This document shows positions 1-9,371 of a stretch of DNA of 32,000 nucleotides, in pieces. The notes under the pieces were generated by a model. That model worked only from the letters and a program-made list of their open reading frames with translations, searched no databases and was not told the DNA's origin. How positions within the stretch are numbered: the first letter of the stretch is position 1; every line of letters starts with the position of its first letter. The stretch is taken from the NCBI GenBank assembly GCA_000175855.1, contig ACYB01000007.1:30001-62000 (forward strand), written 5' to 3'. This DNA comes from Raphidiopsis brookii D9. Its GTDB lineage: Bacteria; Cyanobacteriota; Cyanobacteriia; Cyanobacteriales; Nostocaceae. A program made the translations under genes and the position numbers.

Positions 1-770
1 GAATGCCTGAAAAAAGAACCACGTACATACAACAGTGTTCAATTAGCTCAAAAGTTAGAGACGGAACGCTCGGTTAAACTAAGTCCCGATAGGTTAAGAC
101 GGGTACTAAAAAAAAGGGGATCATTTGGAAAAGAACCAGAAAAAGCCACAAAGGAAAACAAGACCCAGAAAGTAAACAAATCAAGCAAGCAGACCTAGAT
201 ATGTTGGAATTATCCGCTGCTGGGGGAGAAATAGACTTGAAATATTTAGATGAATCAGGTTTTTGTATGTGGAGTGAACCGAGTTATACATATTACCAAA
301 GAGGGGAGCAAAAAAACTTAGAGCAAACAAAACGCCGTGGTCGAAGACTAAGTATTATTGGTCTTCTTCAACCCTTAATTAGTTTTGTTTACGGTTTAGT
401 AATTGGGGGGGTGAATCGCAAATCTTATATTGAAATGATGGAGCATGAAGCCGAAGAAGCAGAAAAACTGGGACGTATAAGAGTAATAGTACAGGATAAT
501 GGTCCAATACATCAATGCAAAGAAGTGAGAAAGTTATGGTCAAAATGGGAGAGTCAGAATTTATACATTTTCTTTCTGCCCAAATATTGCTCTGAGATGA
601 ATCCAATTGAATTAGAGTGGAAACACCTTAAAAAAGATGAGATATCGGGAAAAATGTTTGAAGATGAGTTAGAGCTTGCTTATGCCGTAATGGATGGAGT
701 AAACGCTAGGGGAAAAAGAAATAAGCATAGTACAGAACGTATTAAATTTAACAACTCTTGCCTTTCTTAA
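1..770 (+). CDS. IS630-family DDE transposase, 5'-truncated by the window edge. It lies in two overlapping frames, OrfA in frame 1 to the TAG at 196-198 and OrfB in frame 3 open from 93 to 770.
   Basis: Frame 1 reads ECLKKEPRTYNSVQLAQKLETERSVKLSPDRLRRVLKK. Frame 3 reads KKKGIIWKRTRKSHKGKQDPESKQIKQADLDMLELSAAGGEIDLKYLDESGF and continues through the DDE residues to the stop at 768-770. Confidence 0.75.
108..114 (+). other. Putative -1 ribosomal frameshift heptamer A_AAA_AAA inside an A8 run (108-115)
   Basis: The upstream frame is phased cta|aaa|aaa|agg. Slipping back one base gives aaa|aaa|aag|ggg|atc, which is exactly the downstream open frame. Confidence 0.45.
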
Positions 771-825
771 CCTTTCGTTACATAGCTATAAATTTCCCAG
801 CCGACTTACTTAATTCAAGATAATC

Positions 826-1614
826 ATGGATTCAATTGTACAGACAAAGACTGCAAAATCGGAAGAATTTATTACGGTCAAAGGGTTGTGTAAGTCCTTT
901 GCTGGACAACCTGTATACAAAAACTTTGACCTCAACCTAGACAATCATCAATTGGTCTCAATTTTTGGACCTAATGGGTGTGGTAAATCTACTTTAATCA
1001 ATATGATGAGTGGTTTAATTCCCCTGGATAAAGGTGAAATCAGAATCCATGGTAAACCTATTCACCGGACTCGGATTGGCTATGTATTTCAAAATTACCG
1101 AGACTCTCTTTTTCCCTGGATGAGCGCCTACGATAATATTGCCTATCCACTTCGTGTTAAAGGTATTTCTGAACGGGAGTGTCGTCATTCTGTAGAGCAT
1201 TTAATTGAGACTTTCAATATTTGTTTAGATCTAAAACGATATCCCTATAGTTTTTCTGGTGGACAGCAGCAGTTAGTTTCAATTCTCAGAGCGTTAGTTG
1301 CCCAACCGGAGGTGCTATTTTTAGATGAACCATTTTCAGCTTTAGACTTTGAAACTACCTTATTTGTACGGGATAAATTGCAAGAAATTTTCATGGCTAG
1401 TACCATTCCCATGTTGATGGTTGTACATAACCTAGAAGAGGCTATCTTTTTGGCTGATAAGATTTTATTATTAAGTAAACGTCCAACCCAGGTGGTTGAA
1501 ATGGTGAGCTTTGATGCTCCTCGACCTCGTACACCTGAAACCCTGACTTCTCGTAATTTTGTAGAAGTCAGTCGTTATTGTTTAGATATTTTTCGTCAGG
1601 AAATGCAAAAATGA
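826..1614 (+). CDS. ABC transporter ATP-binding protein, NitT/TauT (nitrate/sulfonate/bicarbonate) type
   Basis: Walker A GPNGCGKST, signature SGGQQQ and Walker B LFLDEPFSALD are present. GYVFQNYRDSLFPWMSAYDNIAYP is typical of SsuB/TauB-like ATPases. Confidence 0.85.
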   Translation: MDSIVQTKTAKSEEFITVKGLCKSFAGQPVYKNFDLNLDNHQLVSIFGPNGCGKSTLINMMSGLIPLDKGEIRIHGKPIHRTRIGYVFQNYRDSLFPWMSAYDNIAYPLRVKGISERECRHSVEHLIETFNICLDLKRYPYSFSGGQQQLVSILRALVAQPEVLFLDEPFSALDFETTLFVRDKLQEIFMASTIPMLMVVHNLEEAIFLADKILLLSKRPTQVVEMVSFDAPRPRTPETLTSRNFVEVSRYCLDIFRQEMQK

Positions 1615-2420
1615 ATTTCCCATTTTCCATCAAGAACAAAAATTCAAACTCTGCTTTAAACTCCGATTTAATCCTGAACCGTTGTTTACCTTTAACTGGT
1701 GTTCTATTGTTTTTTGGATTGTGGTGGTTTATTGCTGTATCAGGATTTGTGAATCCTGTTTTGCTACCAACTCCCTTAGCAACAGTCCAAACCTTGATTG
1801 AGGGATTGTTTGGTGGTTCCATGTTCTCTGATTTAGCTACTACAGTTTTACGAACATTTAGCGCCTTTTTTCTAGCTACCTTATTTGGCATTCCCCTGGG
1901 TGTGGGATTGGGAAGTTCTGAAAAAATCTATCGTAGTGTGGAGTTTCTAATTGAGTTTTTTAGGTCTACACCTGCTAGTGCATTGATTCCCTTGTTTATT
2001 CTCTTTTTTGGCATCAGTGATTTTTCTAAGGTGGTAATTGCTGGATTTAGTGCTTTTTTATTAATTATTTTTAATAGTGCTTACGGAGTAATTCATGCCA
2101 AACAATCTCGGATTTTAGCTGCTAGGGTTATGGGAGCAAATCGTTGGCAAATTTTCAAAGATGTATTATTGTTGGAGAGTTTACCACAAACTTTTATTGG
2201 ACTGCGCAGTGGAATTAGTATTGCTCTTGTGATTGTGATTGTTTCCGAGATGTTTATTGGTAGTCAACAAGGATTAGGAAAGCGTATTATTGATGCTCAA
2301 CAGATTTTAAATGTTCGGGACATGTACGCATCAATTTTAATTACAGGGAGTTTAGGTTACCTGCTGAACATGCTATTTTTAGGACTGGAAAAGCGCCTAA
2401 TACACTGGAGCGGTAAGTAA
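1611..2420 (+). CDS. ABC transporter permease, NitT/TauT (SsuC/TauC-like) type
   Basis: The protein is multi-pass and hydrophobic, with VMGANRWQIFKDVLLLESLP in the permease cytoplasmic-loop region. Its ATG at 1611 overlaps the ATPase stop (ATGA), which suggests translational coupling. The ORF track's TTG at 1578 is less likely to be the start. Confidence 0.8.
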   Translation: MNFPFSIKNKNSNSALNSDLILNRCLPLTGVLLFFGLWWFIAVSGFVNPVLLPTPLATVQTLIEGLFGGSMFSDLATTVLRTFSAFFLATLFGIPLGVGLGSSEKIYRSVEFLIEFFRSTPASALIPLFILFFGISDFSKVVIAGFSAFLLIIFNSAYGVIHAKQSRILAARVMGANRWQIFKDVLLLESLPQTFIGLRSGISIALVIVIVSEMFIGSQQGLGKRIIDAQQILNVRDMYASILITGSLGYLLNMLFLGLEKRLIHWSGK

Positions 2421-2438
2421 TTGTTTGGGGGAGAAACC

Positions 2439-2819
2439 ATGATTGAATTTGCTGTAAATGGCACTTTGATGAGGGGACTAAAATTAAATAATAATTTGCT
2501 GAACGTGGGTGCAGTTTTTGATCGAGAATCTTCCACAGCACCCTGCTATCGTTTATGGTCAATTAAGGATCAATATCCGGGAATGCTTCGTGATCTGGAA
2601 GGAGGTAAATCCATTAGTGTGGAGATTTGGCAAGTTCCTTTAGGGGGAATTGCTGATATTTTAATCCAAGAACCACCAGGGTTGTGTGTGGGTAAAATTG
2701 AGTTGCATGATAAAAAAGTAGTTTTAGGAGTATTAGCAGAGCCCTTTTTGGTAGTAGGACAAAAGGAAATTACTATTTATGGTGGATGGCGAAACTATGA
2801 TCAATCATGTCATCAATAA
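2439..2819 (+). CDS. Small stand-alone protein resembling the C-terminal domain of allophanate hydrolase (gamma-glutamylcyclotransferase-like fold)
   Basis: The pattern FAVNGTLMRGLKLNNNLL...APCYRLWSI...YPGML...SVEIWQVPLGGIADIL...PPGLCVGKIEL recalls AH C-terminal/GGCT-like proteins. A GGGGAG Shine-Dalgarno sequence lies about 8 nt upstream of the ATG at 2439. Confidence 0.5.
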   Translation: MIEFAVNGTLMRGLKLNNNLLNVGAVFDRESSTAPCYRLWSIKDQYPGMLRDLEGGKSISVEIWQVPLGGIADILIQEPPGLCVGKIELHDKKVVLGVLAEPFLVVGQKEITIYGGWRNYDQSCHQ

Positions 2820-2824
2820 ATGAT

Positions 2825-4567
2825 CTAGTCAAAAATTGGTAATTTCACCATAACCACTGTTCCTTGACCTAGTTCACTTTCAATTTTCCATTCACCCTTA
2901 TGTCTTTGTATACAAGCTTTGACAATAGCTAGACCCAATCCAGTGCCCCCAATTTCTCCCACATTACTACCTCGATAAAATGGGTTATAGATGTGAGGTT
3001 TATCATGGGGAGAAATGCCAATACCAGAGTCTTGAATTTGCCAAATAATGTTTTGTTCCTCTCGGATAATTCTCAGTTGGACTGGAATTGCACCTGGGGA
3101 ATATTTAATGGCATTATCTAGAAGATTAATTAGAATAGAACGAAGCAATTTTTTATCTAAGAATACTTGGGTTAATTTAGGAGAAAATTCTAACTCAATA
3201 GGGTGATCGGTAGTTAACTGGATTTCTGCTATGATTTCCTGGCAAAAATCTTTTAAATTAAATATCTCAGGTTGAAATTCTAACTCTTGAAATTCGGATC
3301 TGTTTAAAAGTAATAAATCACTAATTTGTCTGCTCATTTGTCGAGCAGTTAGGTTAATACGCTGAATATTAAATTGTTTTTGTATTTCTGTCAGGTGATT
3401 ATAGTTAGTTTGCAGGCTTTCACTAGATAATAAAATAGTACTTAAGGGAGTTCTTAATTCATGGGAAGCCATGGAAAAAAAGCGAAATCTCAATTCACTT
3501 AAACTTTTGGTTTTTTCTAGATCACGATTTAAAATATATAAGAAAAATACCAGACTACTAGTTATTAAACATCCTATAATCAGAGTAGCAAAAGTGGTGT
3601 AGGGTTGTTCTACAGGATAAGCTGGTGATGGAGAAAATTCAATCCTCCATTTTCGTTGGCCCATTTTGAGAGTTTTCTGACAAACTTGAGGATCGGAACA
3701 TAAAAAATAGTGATAGACATTTCTGCTGACTGGTATGGATTGGGTGACAACTGCTTTACGGGTAGCATCATACTGACCTAGAAATTTTTCTCCTGACTTT
3801 CCATGCTGATCTTGGATGATAAAGTTAATACTATATCGCAAGTTTTTTAGGGATTCTTCAACTACGTCTGAAAACCGAAACACACCTACTAAAACTCCCT
3901 TAACCGTGAATCTCACCTTATCTTTAGACTGTGGATCATCCACCACTAAAAAAACTAAAAATCCAAATTGATCGCGTCTTTCTTGTACCAAGCGAATTCT
4001 CCCAGTAGCGGTTATCTTTTTGGTTTTGATAGCTTGACTAATAGCTGTTTTACGAGTAGGATGGGAACTGAGATCATACCCAAAAGCAGACTCATTACCC
4101 TGGAAGGGCACTACATAGGTTACGGGAAAATAATAGGGACGTTTTTGAGCTACTACCAGTTGATTTTGCTGGTTTAATTCCCTAATACGAAAATCTGTGT
4201 ATCCTTCAAGTTGTATTTGTTTTTCATAGGAAAAACGCTCTTTGTGGGGAATCATAGGTGCCCATTCTAAAGCTTGTATCCCAGAATAGATTTGGATTGA
4301 ACGATGGGTAAATTTATGGAAGGATGAACGATCAATGGGCTTTTTATCTTCTTGTATATAATGTGTGGTATAGTAGTCTCCCAAAAATCCTATGATATCA
4401 ATGTAGCGATTTAAACTACGTTGTAAGGCTATAGTTAGATTTTCAGTTTGTCGCTGGAACCGTAATTGCTGATTGGACCTTTCCCAATGACTGATCATCA
4501 GTGTGGCCAATCCCGATAGGGTCACACCCACAACTGATACAATGACTAGGGAGCTATTCTTAACCAT
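2825..4567 (-). CDS. Sensor histidine kinase with an extracytoplasmic CHASE domain between two TM helices
   Basis: An N-terminal TM helix is followed by a CHASE-like region (ALEWAP...FGYDLSSHPTRKTAISQAIKTKKITATGRIRLVQE) and a second TM helix. After that come the HisKA H-box SHELRTPL and HATPase motifs NLLDNAIKYS and GTGLGLAIV. Confidence 0.85.
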   Translation of the reverse strand: MVKNSSLVIVSVVGVTLSGLATLMISHWERSNQQLRFQRQTENLTIALQRSLNRYIDIIGFLGDYYTTHYIQEDKKPIDRSSFHKFTHRSIQIYSGIQALEWAPMIPHKERFSYEKQIQLEGYTDFRIRELNQQNQLVVAQKRPYYFPVTYVVPFQGNESAFGYDLSSHPTRKTAISQAIKTKKITATGRIRLVQERRDQFGFLVFLVVDDPQSKDKVRFTVKGVLVGVFRFSDVVEESLKNLRYSINFIIQDQHGKSGEKFLGQYDATRKAVVTQSIPVSRNVYHYFLCSDPQVCQKTLKMGQRKWRIEFSPSPAYPVEQPYTTFATLIIGCLITSSLVFFLYILNRDLEKTKSLSELRFRFFSMASHELRTPLSTILLSSESLQTNYNHLTEIQKQFNIQRINLTARQMSRQISDLLLLNRSEFQELEFQPEIFNLKDFCQEIIAEIQLTTDHPIELEFSPKLTQVFLDKKLLRSILINLLDNAIKYSPGAIPVQLRIIREEQNIIWQIQDSGIGISPHDKPHIYNPFYRGSNVGEIGGTGLGLAIVKACIQRHKGEWKIESELGQGTVVMVKLPIFD

Positions 4568-4584
4568 GGATAATATGATATAAT

Positions 4585-5325
4585 TTATATTTGATACACA
4601 TTAAATAACCCATTTATTAATAGCTCATATCCTTGATCCACAATAGATCTTCCCCGGAGAAAGCCAATATGAGCACCTGGACAGATGTATTGTAGTGTGT
4701 CAGGAGAAAAGCGATCGCATAGTTTAGTAAGACTTTTGAGTTGTCTAGGCCAATGGAAAGTTGTTGGAGTGCGAAATGGTGCTAGTTGAGCTTGGGGATT
4801 AGGGACTAAATGTCTTCCGGAAAATAAAATTCCTCCAAATTCGCGATAGTATAGACAAGAGGATCCTGGGGAATGACCTGGAGTCCAGATTAATTGTGTG
4901 GTGTCGTCAAGAGACAGTTCTTGACTAAAGGTGGTGAGAGTTAAACCTGGTAATAAATAGGCTTCCTGCTCTTGAATGACAATTTCACAGTCAAGAGCTT
5001 GTTGAATTTGGGCAACCTTACCTATAGCACCCCGATGACTAATAAACAACCAACGTACCGCACCCTTTTGCAGGTAAGTCTGATTCCCAGCTATTTGTTC
5101 CCACGCGGGACAGTCAATGAGGATATTACCCCCATTCCTGACAATCAAATAGGAGGTTCCACCCAAAGTTTCCCGATTTGGGGGAAAGGCTAAAATTTTG
5201 GTCGACCTTTGGGGATTGGTAAATTTTGTATCTGGTGATACTGTTGCCTCCTCCTCTGGGTCTTGAGATAGTATAATTTGTGGAGGTTTTATTGTATTAC
5301 TAGATGTTGGAGACGTTAAAGACAT
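4585..5325 (-). CDS. MBL-fold (metallo-beta-lactamase-like) protein with a degenerate HxHxDH motif
   Basis: The ILIDCP...LFISHRGAIG...WTPGHSPGS...LFSGRHL...CPGAH layout follows MBL-fold motif order. The first metal motif reads SHRGAIG rather than HxHxDH. The gene ends 17 nt upstream of the kinase start on the same strand. Confidence 0.6.
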   Translation of the reverse strand: MSLTSPTSSNTIKPPQIILSQDPEEEATVSPDTKFTNPQRSTKILAFPPNRETLGGTSYLIVRNGGNILIDCPAWEQIAGNQTYLQKGAVRWLFISHRGAIGKVAQIQQALDCEIVIQEQEAYLLPGLTLTTFSQELSLDDTTQLIWTPGHSPGSSCLYYREFGGILFSGRHLVPNPQAQLAPFRTPTTFHWPRQLKSLTKLCDRFSPDTLQYICPGAHIGFLRGRSIVDQGYELLINGLFNVYQI

Positions 5326-5470
5326 AGGTTGAATAACGATCTTAAAAATAATTAAGAGTAATTATACTGGACTAGTCGTGTTCATTAATCAATTTCAAAT
5401 ATAGATCATTTGGGTCCAATATTTCTGACAAATCCTGAACCTCCCAAACTCTGAAAAAATCCGAAAAAAT

Positions 5471-6952
5471 ATGACATCTTGGTTTCTAGTGTTATTGGGA
5501 CTGTTTACCTATGTTATAGTGAGAAGTGTTCTTTCTCATATAACCCGCGTTCCGGTCTGGTTATTATGGTTGATATTAATGGCCCCAGCAATTATTTGGG
5601 AACTTTGGACAATTATCTATGGTCCAACCCAATCACCGCCATTAGTATTCATTGTTGCGTGTGTATTTTTAAGTGCGTTCTTATGTTGGATTTTCTTTAT
5701 TTCTGGAAACAGAGGACAAACAAATAGAGACACCCAAGCTGAGAATGCTGAGAATAGAGAGTCAACATCAATAAGTAATAGCGAGCCACAGCAGTCACCA
5801 GTGAGACCAATTGAAATAGCAGAAGAGACAAATCTGAGAAATTGTTTTCCTTGGTCCTTATATTATATTCATAGTATTGAGTATAGACCTCAAGCAGTAA
5901 TATGTCGTGGACAGTTACGAGGTAATCCCCAGGAAACCTATCAGCAGATTAAGACCAATATTGAAAGAGAATTTACGGACCGCTTTTTGGTCATTTTTCA
6001 AGAAGGAGCAGATGGCAAACCATTCTTTGTTCTAATTCCCAACAAACAGGGGAATAGACAAGAGAGACAAAAAGACAATTTACGTCAAGGTTTCACAGCA
6101 TTAACACTATTAATACTCACCCTAGTTACCACTACTGGGATAGGTGTACAAATTGCCGGAATTCAAGCGGGAAGATTACAAGCTGACTGGTCTTTGATCA
6201 TTCATGGTTTACCCTACGCTTTGGGGTTAATGACCATTTTAGGTATCCATGAGTTGGGTCACTATTTTACCGCTAAGTTGTATAGAATCAATTCCACCTT
6301 ACCCTATTTTATTCCCGTACCTTTTTTCTTGGGGACATTTGGAGCATTTATTCAAATTAAAAGTCCTATCCCCAACCGAAAAGCTCTATTTGACGTGGGT
6401 ATAGCAGGTCCATTGGCTGGTTTTTTGGCAACTTTACCTTTACTATTGTGGGGTTTAGCCAATTCAGAAATTGTGACTATTAGTCAACAAACAGGAATTT
6501 TAAATCCTGATGCTCTAAATCCTCGCTATTCAATATTATTGGCCTTGCTGTCTAAATTGGCATTGGGTAACCAATTAACAGCTACATCAGCCTTAGATTT
6601 ACATCCTATAGCCGTAGCGGGACTTTTAGGTTTAATAGTCACAGCCTTAAATTTAATGCCCGTGGGTCAATTGGATGGTGGTCATATTGTTCATGCCATG
6701 TTTGGTCAGAGAACTGCCATGTTAATTGGGCAACTTTCTCGATTTTTTCTATTGATTCTTTCTTTCATCAGACAAGAGTTTTTATTCTGGGCAATTATGT
6801 TATTGTTTATTCCTCTAGTTGATGAGCCAGCTCTAAATGATATTACAGAACTAGACAACAAAAGAGATTTTTTAGGATTGATGGCAATAGCTTTATTATT
6901 AGTAATTGTCCTCCCCATTCCTGACTTCTTTGCCCGTATTTTACAGATTTAA
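5471..6952 (+). CDS. Site-2 protease family (M50) zinc metalloprotease, EGY-like, polytopic membrane protein
   Basis: The HExxH motif (IHELGHYFTA) and the second M50 motif NLMPVGQLDGGH both lie inside hydrophobic segments. Confidence 0.85.
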   Translation: MTSWFLVLLGLFTYVIVRSVLSHITRVPVWLLWLILMAPAIIWELWTIIYGPTQSPPLVFIVACVFLSAFLCWIFFISGNRGQTNRDTQAENAENRESTSISNSEPQQSPVRPIEIAEETNLRNCFPWSLYYIHSIEYRPQAVICRGQLRGNPQETYQQIKTNIEREFTDRFLVIFQEGADGKPFFVLIPNKQGNRQERQKDNLRQGFTALTLLILTLVTTTGIGVQIAGIQAGRLQADWSLIIHGLPYALGLMTILGIHELGHYFTAKLYRINSTLPYFIPVPFFLGTFGAFIQIKSPIPNRKALFDVGIAGPLAGFLATLPLLLWGLANSEIVTISQQTGILNPDALNPRYSILLALLSKLALGNQLTATSALDLHPIAVAGLLGLIVTALNLMPVGQLDGGHIVHAMFGQRTAMLIGQLSRFFLLILSFIRQEFLFWAIMLLFIPLVDEPALNDITELDNKRDFLGLMAIALLLVIVLPIPDFFARILQI

Positions 6953-6998
6953 TCTAGGGAGGATGTTTTTAAAAACCTTGTTGTTTCCCTAACTGTAC

Positions 6999-7031
6999 AA
7001 AGCCCACCGATGTTATACATCGGTGGGCTTT
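6999..7031. terminator. Bidirectional intrinsic terminator hairpin between convergent genes
   Basis: A perfect 14-bp stem pairs aaagcccaccgatg (6999-7012) with catcggtgggcttt (7018-7031) around a 5-nt loop. A/T residues flank it on both sides. It sits between the M50 stop (6952) and the typA stop (7051). Confidence 0.7.
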
Positions 7032-7050
7032 ATCAAGAAATCCCTATTTC

Positions 7051-8844
7051 CTACCTTTGTTTTGCCAGCTTCTTCACCATCTTACGTAAACGTATGGACT
7101 GGGGTGTCACTTCTACTAGCTCATCTGAACTAATGTACTCCAATGCCCTTTCTAAACTCATTTCTACTGGTGTTTGTAACTGCACAAGTTCATCCCCACC
7201 CGATGCCCGGTGGTTAGTTAATTGCTTAGTTTTACAAACATTCAGTTCCAAGTCTTGAGGACGATTATGCTCACCCACAATCATACCTTTATAGACTTTG
7301 GTTCCAGGATGAATAAAGAACACACCACGGTCTTCCGCGTTTTTCATAGCGTAAAATGTAGAAACACCTTCTTCAAAGGCAATTAACACACCTTTGTTGC
7401 GGGCTTCAATTTCTCCAGAAAGGGGGCGATAGTCCAGGAAACTGTGGTTCATGATACCTTCACCACGGGTCATGCGCATAAATTCTCCCCGGAACCCAAT
7501 TAAACCACGAGCAGGAATCACAAATTCTAATTGGGTGCGATCGCCTGCTCTTGGTTGCATATCTTGCATTTCTCCTCGACGTTGTCCCAGACGTTCTATA
7601 CAGCTACCAACAGCATCAGCGGGAACGTCTAATACTAACAGTTCGTAGGGTTCACAAGGTTGACCGTTAACTTCTCGGTAGATTACTTGAGGTTGGGAAA
7701 CCTGGAATTCATATCCTTCTCGACGCATGGTTTCGATCAAGATCCCCAAGTGCAGTTCACCTCGACCAGATACGTGGAACTTATCGGGAGAATCTGTTTC
7801 TTCCACCCTTAAAGCTACGTTAGTTTCTAGTTCCCGGAACAGGCGATCGCGCACTTGACGAGATGTCACCAGTTTACCTTCCTGTCCAGCAAAGGGTGAA
7901 TCATTTACCCAGAAGGTCATCTGTAGGGTTGGTTCATCCACTTTAATGAGTGGTAATGCCTGGGGTTCATTAGGATCTGTAATAGTTTCCCCAATATAAG
8001 CATCCGCGAAACCAGCTACCGCCACAATATAGCCAGCAGAAGCTTCTTCTAGTTCTACTCGCTTTAAGCCTTCAAATCCCATCAGTTTAGAAATTTTAGA
8101 CTTGACAATATTACCAGTTTCTGTTACCAAAGCTGCCTGTTGTCCAGCGCGAATAGTACCGTTGTGGATTCTACCAATTACAATCCGTCCCAGATATTCA
8201 GAATAGTCCAGGGTGGTAACTTGGAGTTGGAGTGGTTTGAGGGGGTCACCCACAGGTGCGGGAACGTGGCGTAAGATGGACTCAAACAAGGGTTCCATGT
8301 CTACGGATTCTGCTTCCAGGGTTTCTTTAGCATAACCAGCCATTCCCGATGCGAATAGATAGGGAAAATCACACTGATCATCATCTGCACCTAATTCCAG
8401 GAACAGGTCTAAAACCTTATCAACAGCAACATGGGGATCAGCTTTAGCGCGGTCGATTTTATTAATTACCACAATGGGACGTAAGCCCTTTTCCAAAGCC
8501 TTTTTCAACACAAATCTGGTTTGAGGCATTGGTCCTTCATTAGCATCAACAATTAGTATACAGCCATCGACCATGCCCAGAACCCGTTCCACCTCTCCAC
8601 CAAAGTCAGCGTGACCGGGAGTGTCTACAATATTGATTAGGGTATCTTTATACTTAACCGCAGTATTCTTGGAAAGAATAGTAATGCCTCGCTCTCTCTC
8701 CAGGTCATTGGAGTCCATGACACAATCCGGAACGTCTTCGCCTTCGCGGAAAATGCCGGACTGTTTCAGAAGAGCATCAACCAGGGTGGTTTTGCCGTGG
8801 TCAACGTGGGCGATAATGGCGACGTTACGAATTGGGAGCGTCAT
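7051..8844 (-). CDS. typA: Translational GTPase TypA/BipA
   Basis: The N-terminus [26 protein letters not shown] carries G1, with [14 protein letters not shown] as G3 and NKIDR as G4. The 597-aa length and the C-terminal BipA-type domain also fit. Confidence 0.95.
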   Translation of the reverse strand: MTLPIRNVAIIAHVDHGKTTLVDALLKQSGIFREGEDVPDCVMDSNDLERERGITILSKNTAVKYKDTLINIVDTPGHADFGGEVERVLGMVDGCILIVDANEGPMPQTRFVLKKALEKGLRPIVVINKIDRAKADPHVAVDKVLDLFLELGADDDQCDFPYLFASGMAGYAKETLEAESVDMEPLFESILRHVPAPVGDPLKPLQLQVTTLDYSEYLGRIVIGRIHNGTIRAGQQAALVTETGNIVKSKISKLMGFEGLKRVELEEASAGYIVAVAGFADAYIGETITDPNEPQALPLIKVDEPTLQMTFWVNDSPFAGQEGKLVTSRQVRDRLFRELETNVALRVEETDSPDKFHVSGRGELHLGILIETMRREGYEFQVSQPQVIYREVNGQPCEPYELLVLDVPADAVGSCIERLGQRRGEMQDMQPRAGDRTQLEFVIPARGLIGFRGEFMRMTRGEGIMNHSFLDYRPLSGEIEARNKGVLIAFEEGVSTFYAMKNAEDRGVFFIHPGTKVYKGMIVGEHNRPQDLELNVCKTKQLTNHRASGGDELVQLQTPVEMSLERALEYISSDELVEVTPQSIRLRKMVKKLAKQR

Positions 8845-9371
8845 AGAGAGCCTTTAGTGAGTTTTTGAGTTTTTATATTTGAGAACTAGATATGGGGCTT
8901 GCATATCAGAAATGGGGGTCTTTTGCCAGCTCTGTAACAAACCTTTAATAATTCTAACTCAATTGTCACGAATATTGTTTTTGCGATCGGAAATTCATTG
9001 AAAATATCAATGCTTTTTTGTGTAAGCACTAATATAAGGGCTCTAAAGAAAAATAATAAGTATTGGCTATACTATAGCAAAATATATATGTGAAACTAAA
9101 TCGTATACACGCTTGGAATAAATCCATCTATTTTAAACTAACCATTCCTGGTTAAGTAAAATTGCACCTCATTTCCCAAAAAAGCTGGGGATATTATTGG
9201 CGATCCTATTTTTTTATATCTGGGGAACTATAAGTACGGTAATCATCATTAAATAAGTGAGGGAGCCGAATTTACATCTTTTTTAACTAGGAATAACATA
9301 ATAGTCAAAGGGTTGATAAAACTCTTGCAATCACTAAACAAACTACTAATAAATTGACAGAGGAATCGGTT

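Larger units (their letters stand above)
1..800 (+). mobile_element. IS630-family insertion sequence, partial. The left end lies outside the window and the right boundary is approximate.
   Basis: It encodes an HTH-like N-terminal segment followed by a DDE domain typical of IS630/Tc1-mariner transposases. The motifs are LDESGF, VQDNGPIH and MNPIELEWKHLK. The terminal inverted repeat cannot be defined without the left end. Confidence 0.75.

Noticed and set aside
1578-1610. TTG-initiated extension of the ABC permease
   Set aside because: The ATG at 1611 forms an ATGA overlap with the ATPase stop, the classic coupling arrangement. The extension adds 11 non-hydrophobic residues overlapping the ATPase C-terminus.
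5479-5727. 82-aa alternative-frame ORF at the start of the M50 protease gene
   Set aside because: It lies on the same strand, completely inside the M50 coding region, in a different frame. No support exists beyond being open.
7010-8857. Plus-strand ORFs of 65-82 aa (7010-7258, 7451-7648, 8621-8857) inside the typA region
   Set aside because: They are antisense to a highly conserved, full-length TypA/BipA gene. Their translations are Ser/Arg/Pro-rich with no motifs, as expected for mirror-frame artefacts.
9021-9048. NtcA-like site TGTA-N8-TATA and a CIRCE-like half-site TAAGCACT in the typA/hsp spacer
   Set aside because: The NtcA consensus needs TAC in the second half, and here it is TAT. 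The second CIRCE arm (GAGTGCTAA) is absent. Chance matches are likely in AT-rich DNA.
9300-9371. RNA thermometer masking the Hsp20 Shine-Dalgarno sequence
   Set aside because: By eye I found only a 4-bp CUCU/AGAG pairing between the leader and the GAGGA region. That is insufficient to claim a structure without folding calculations and a mapped TSS.
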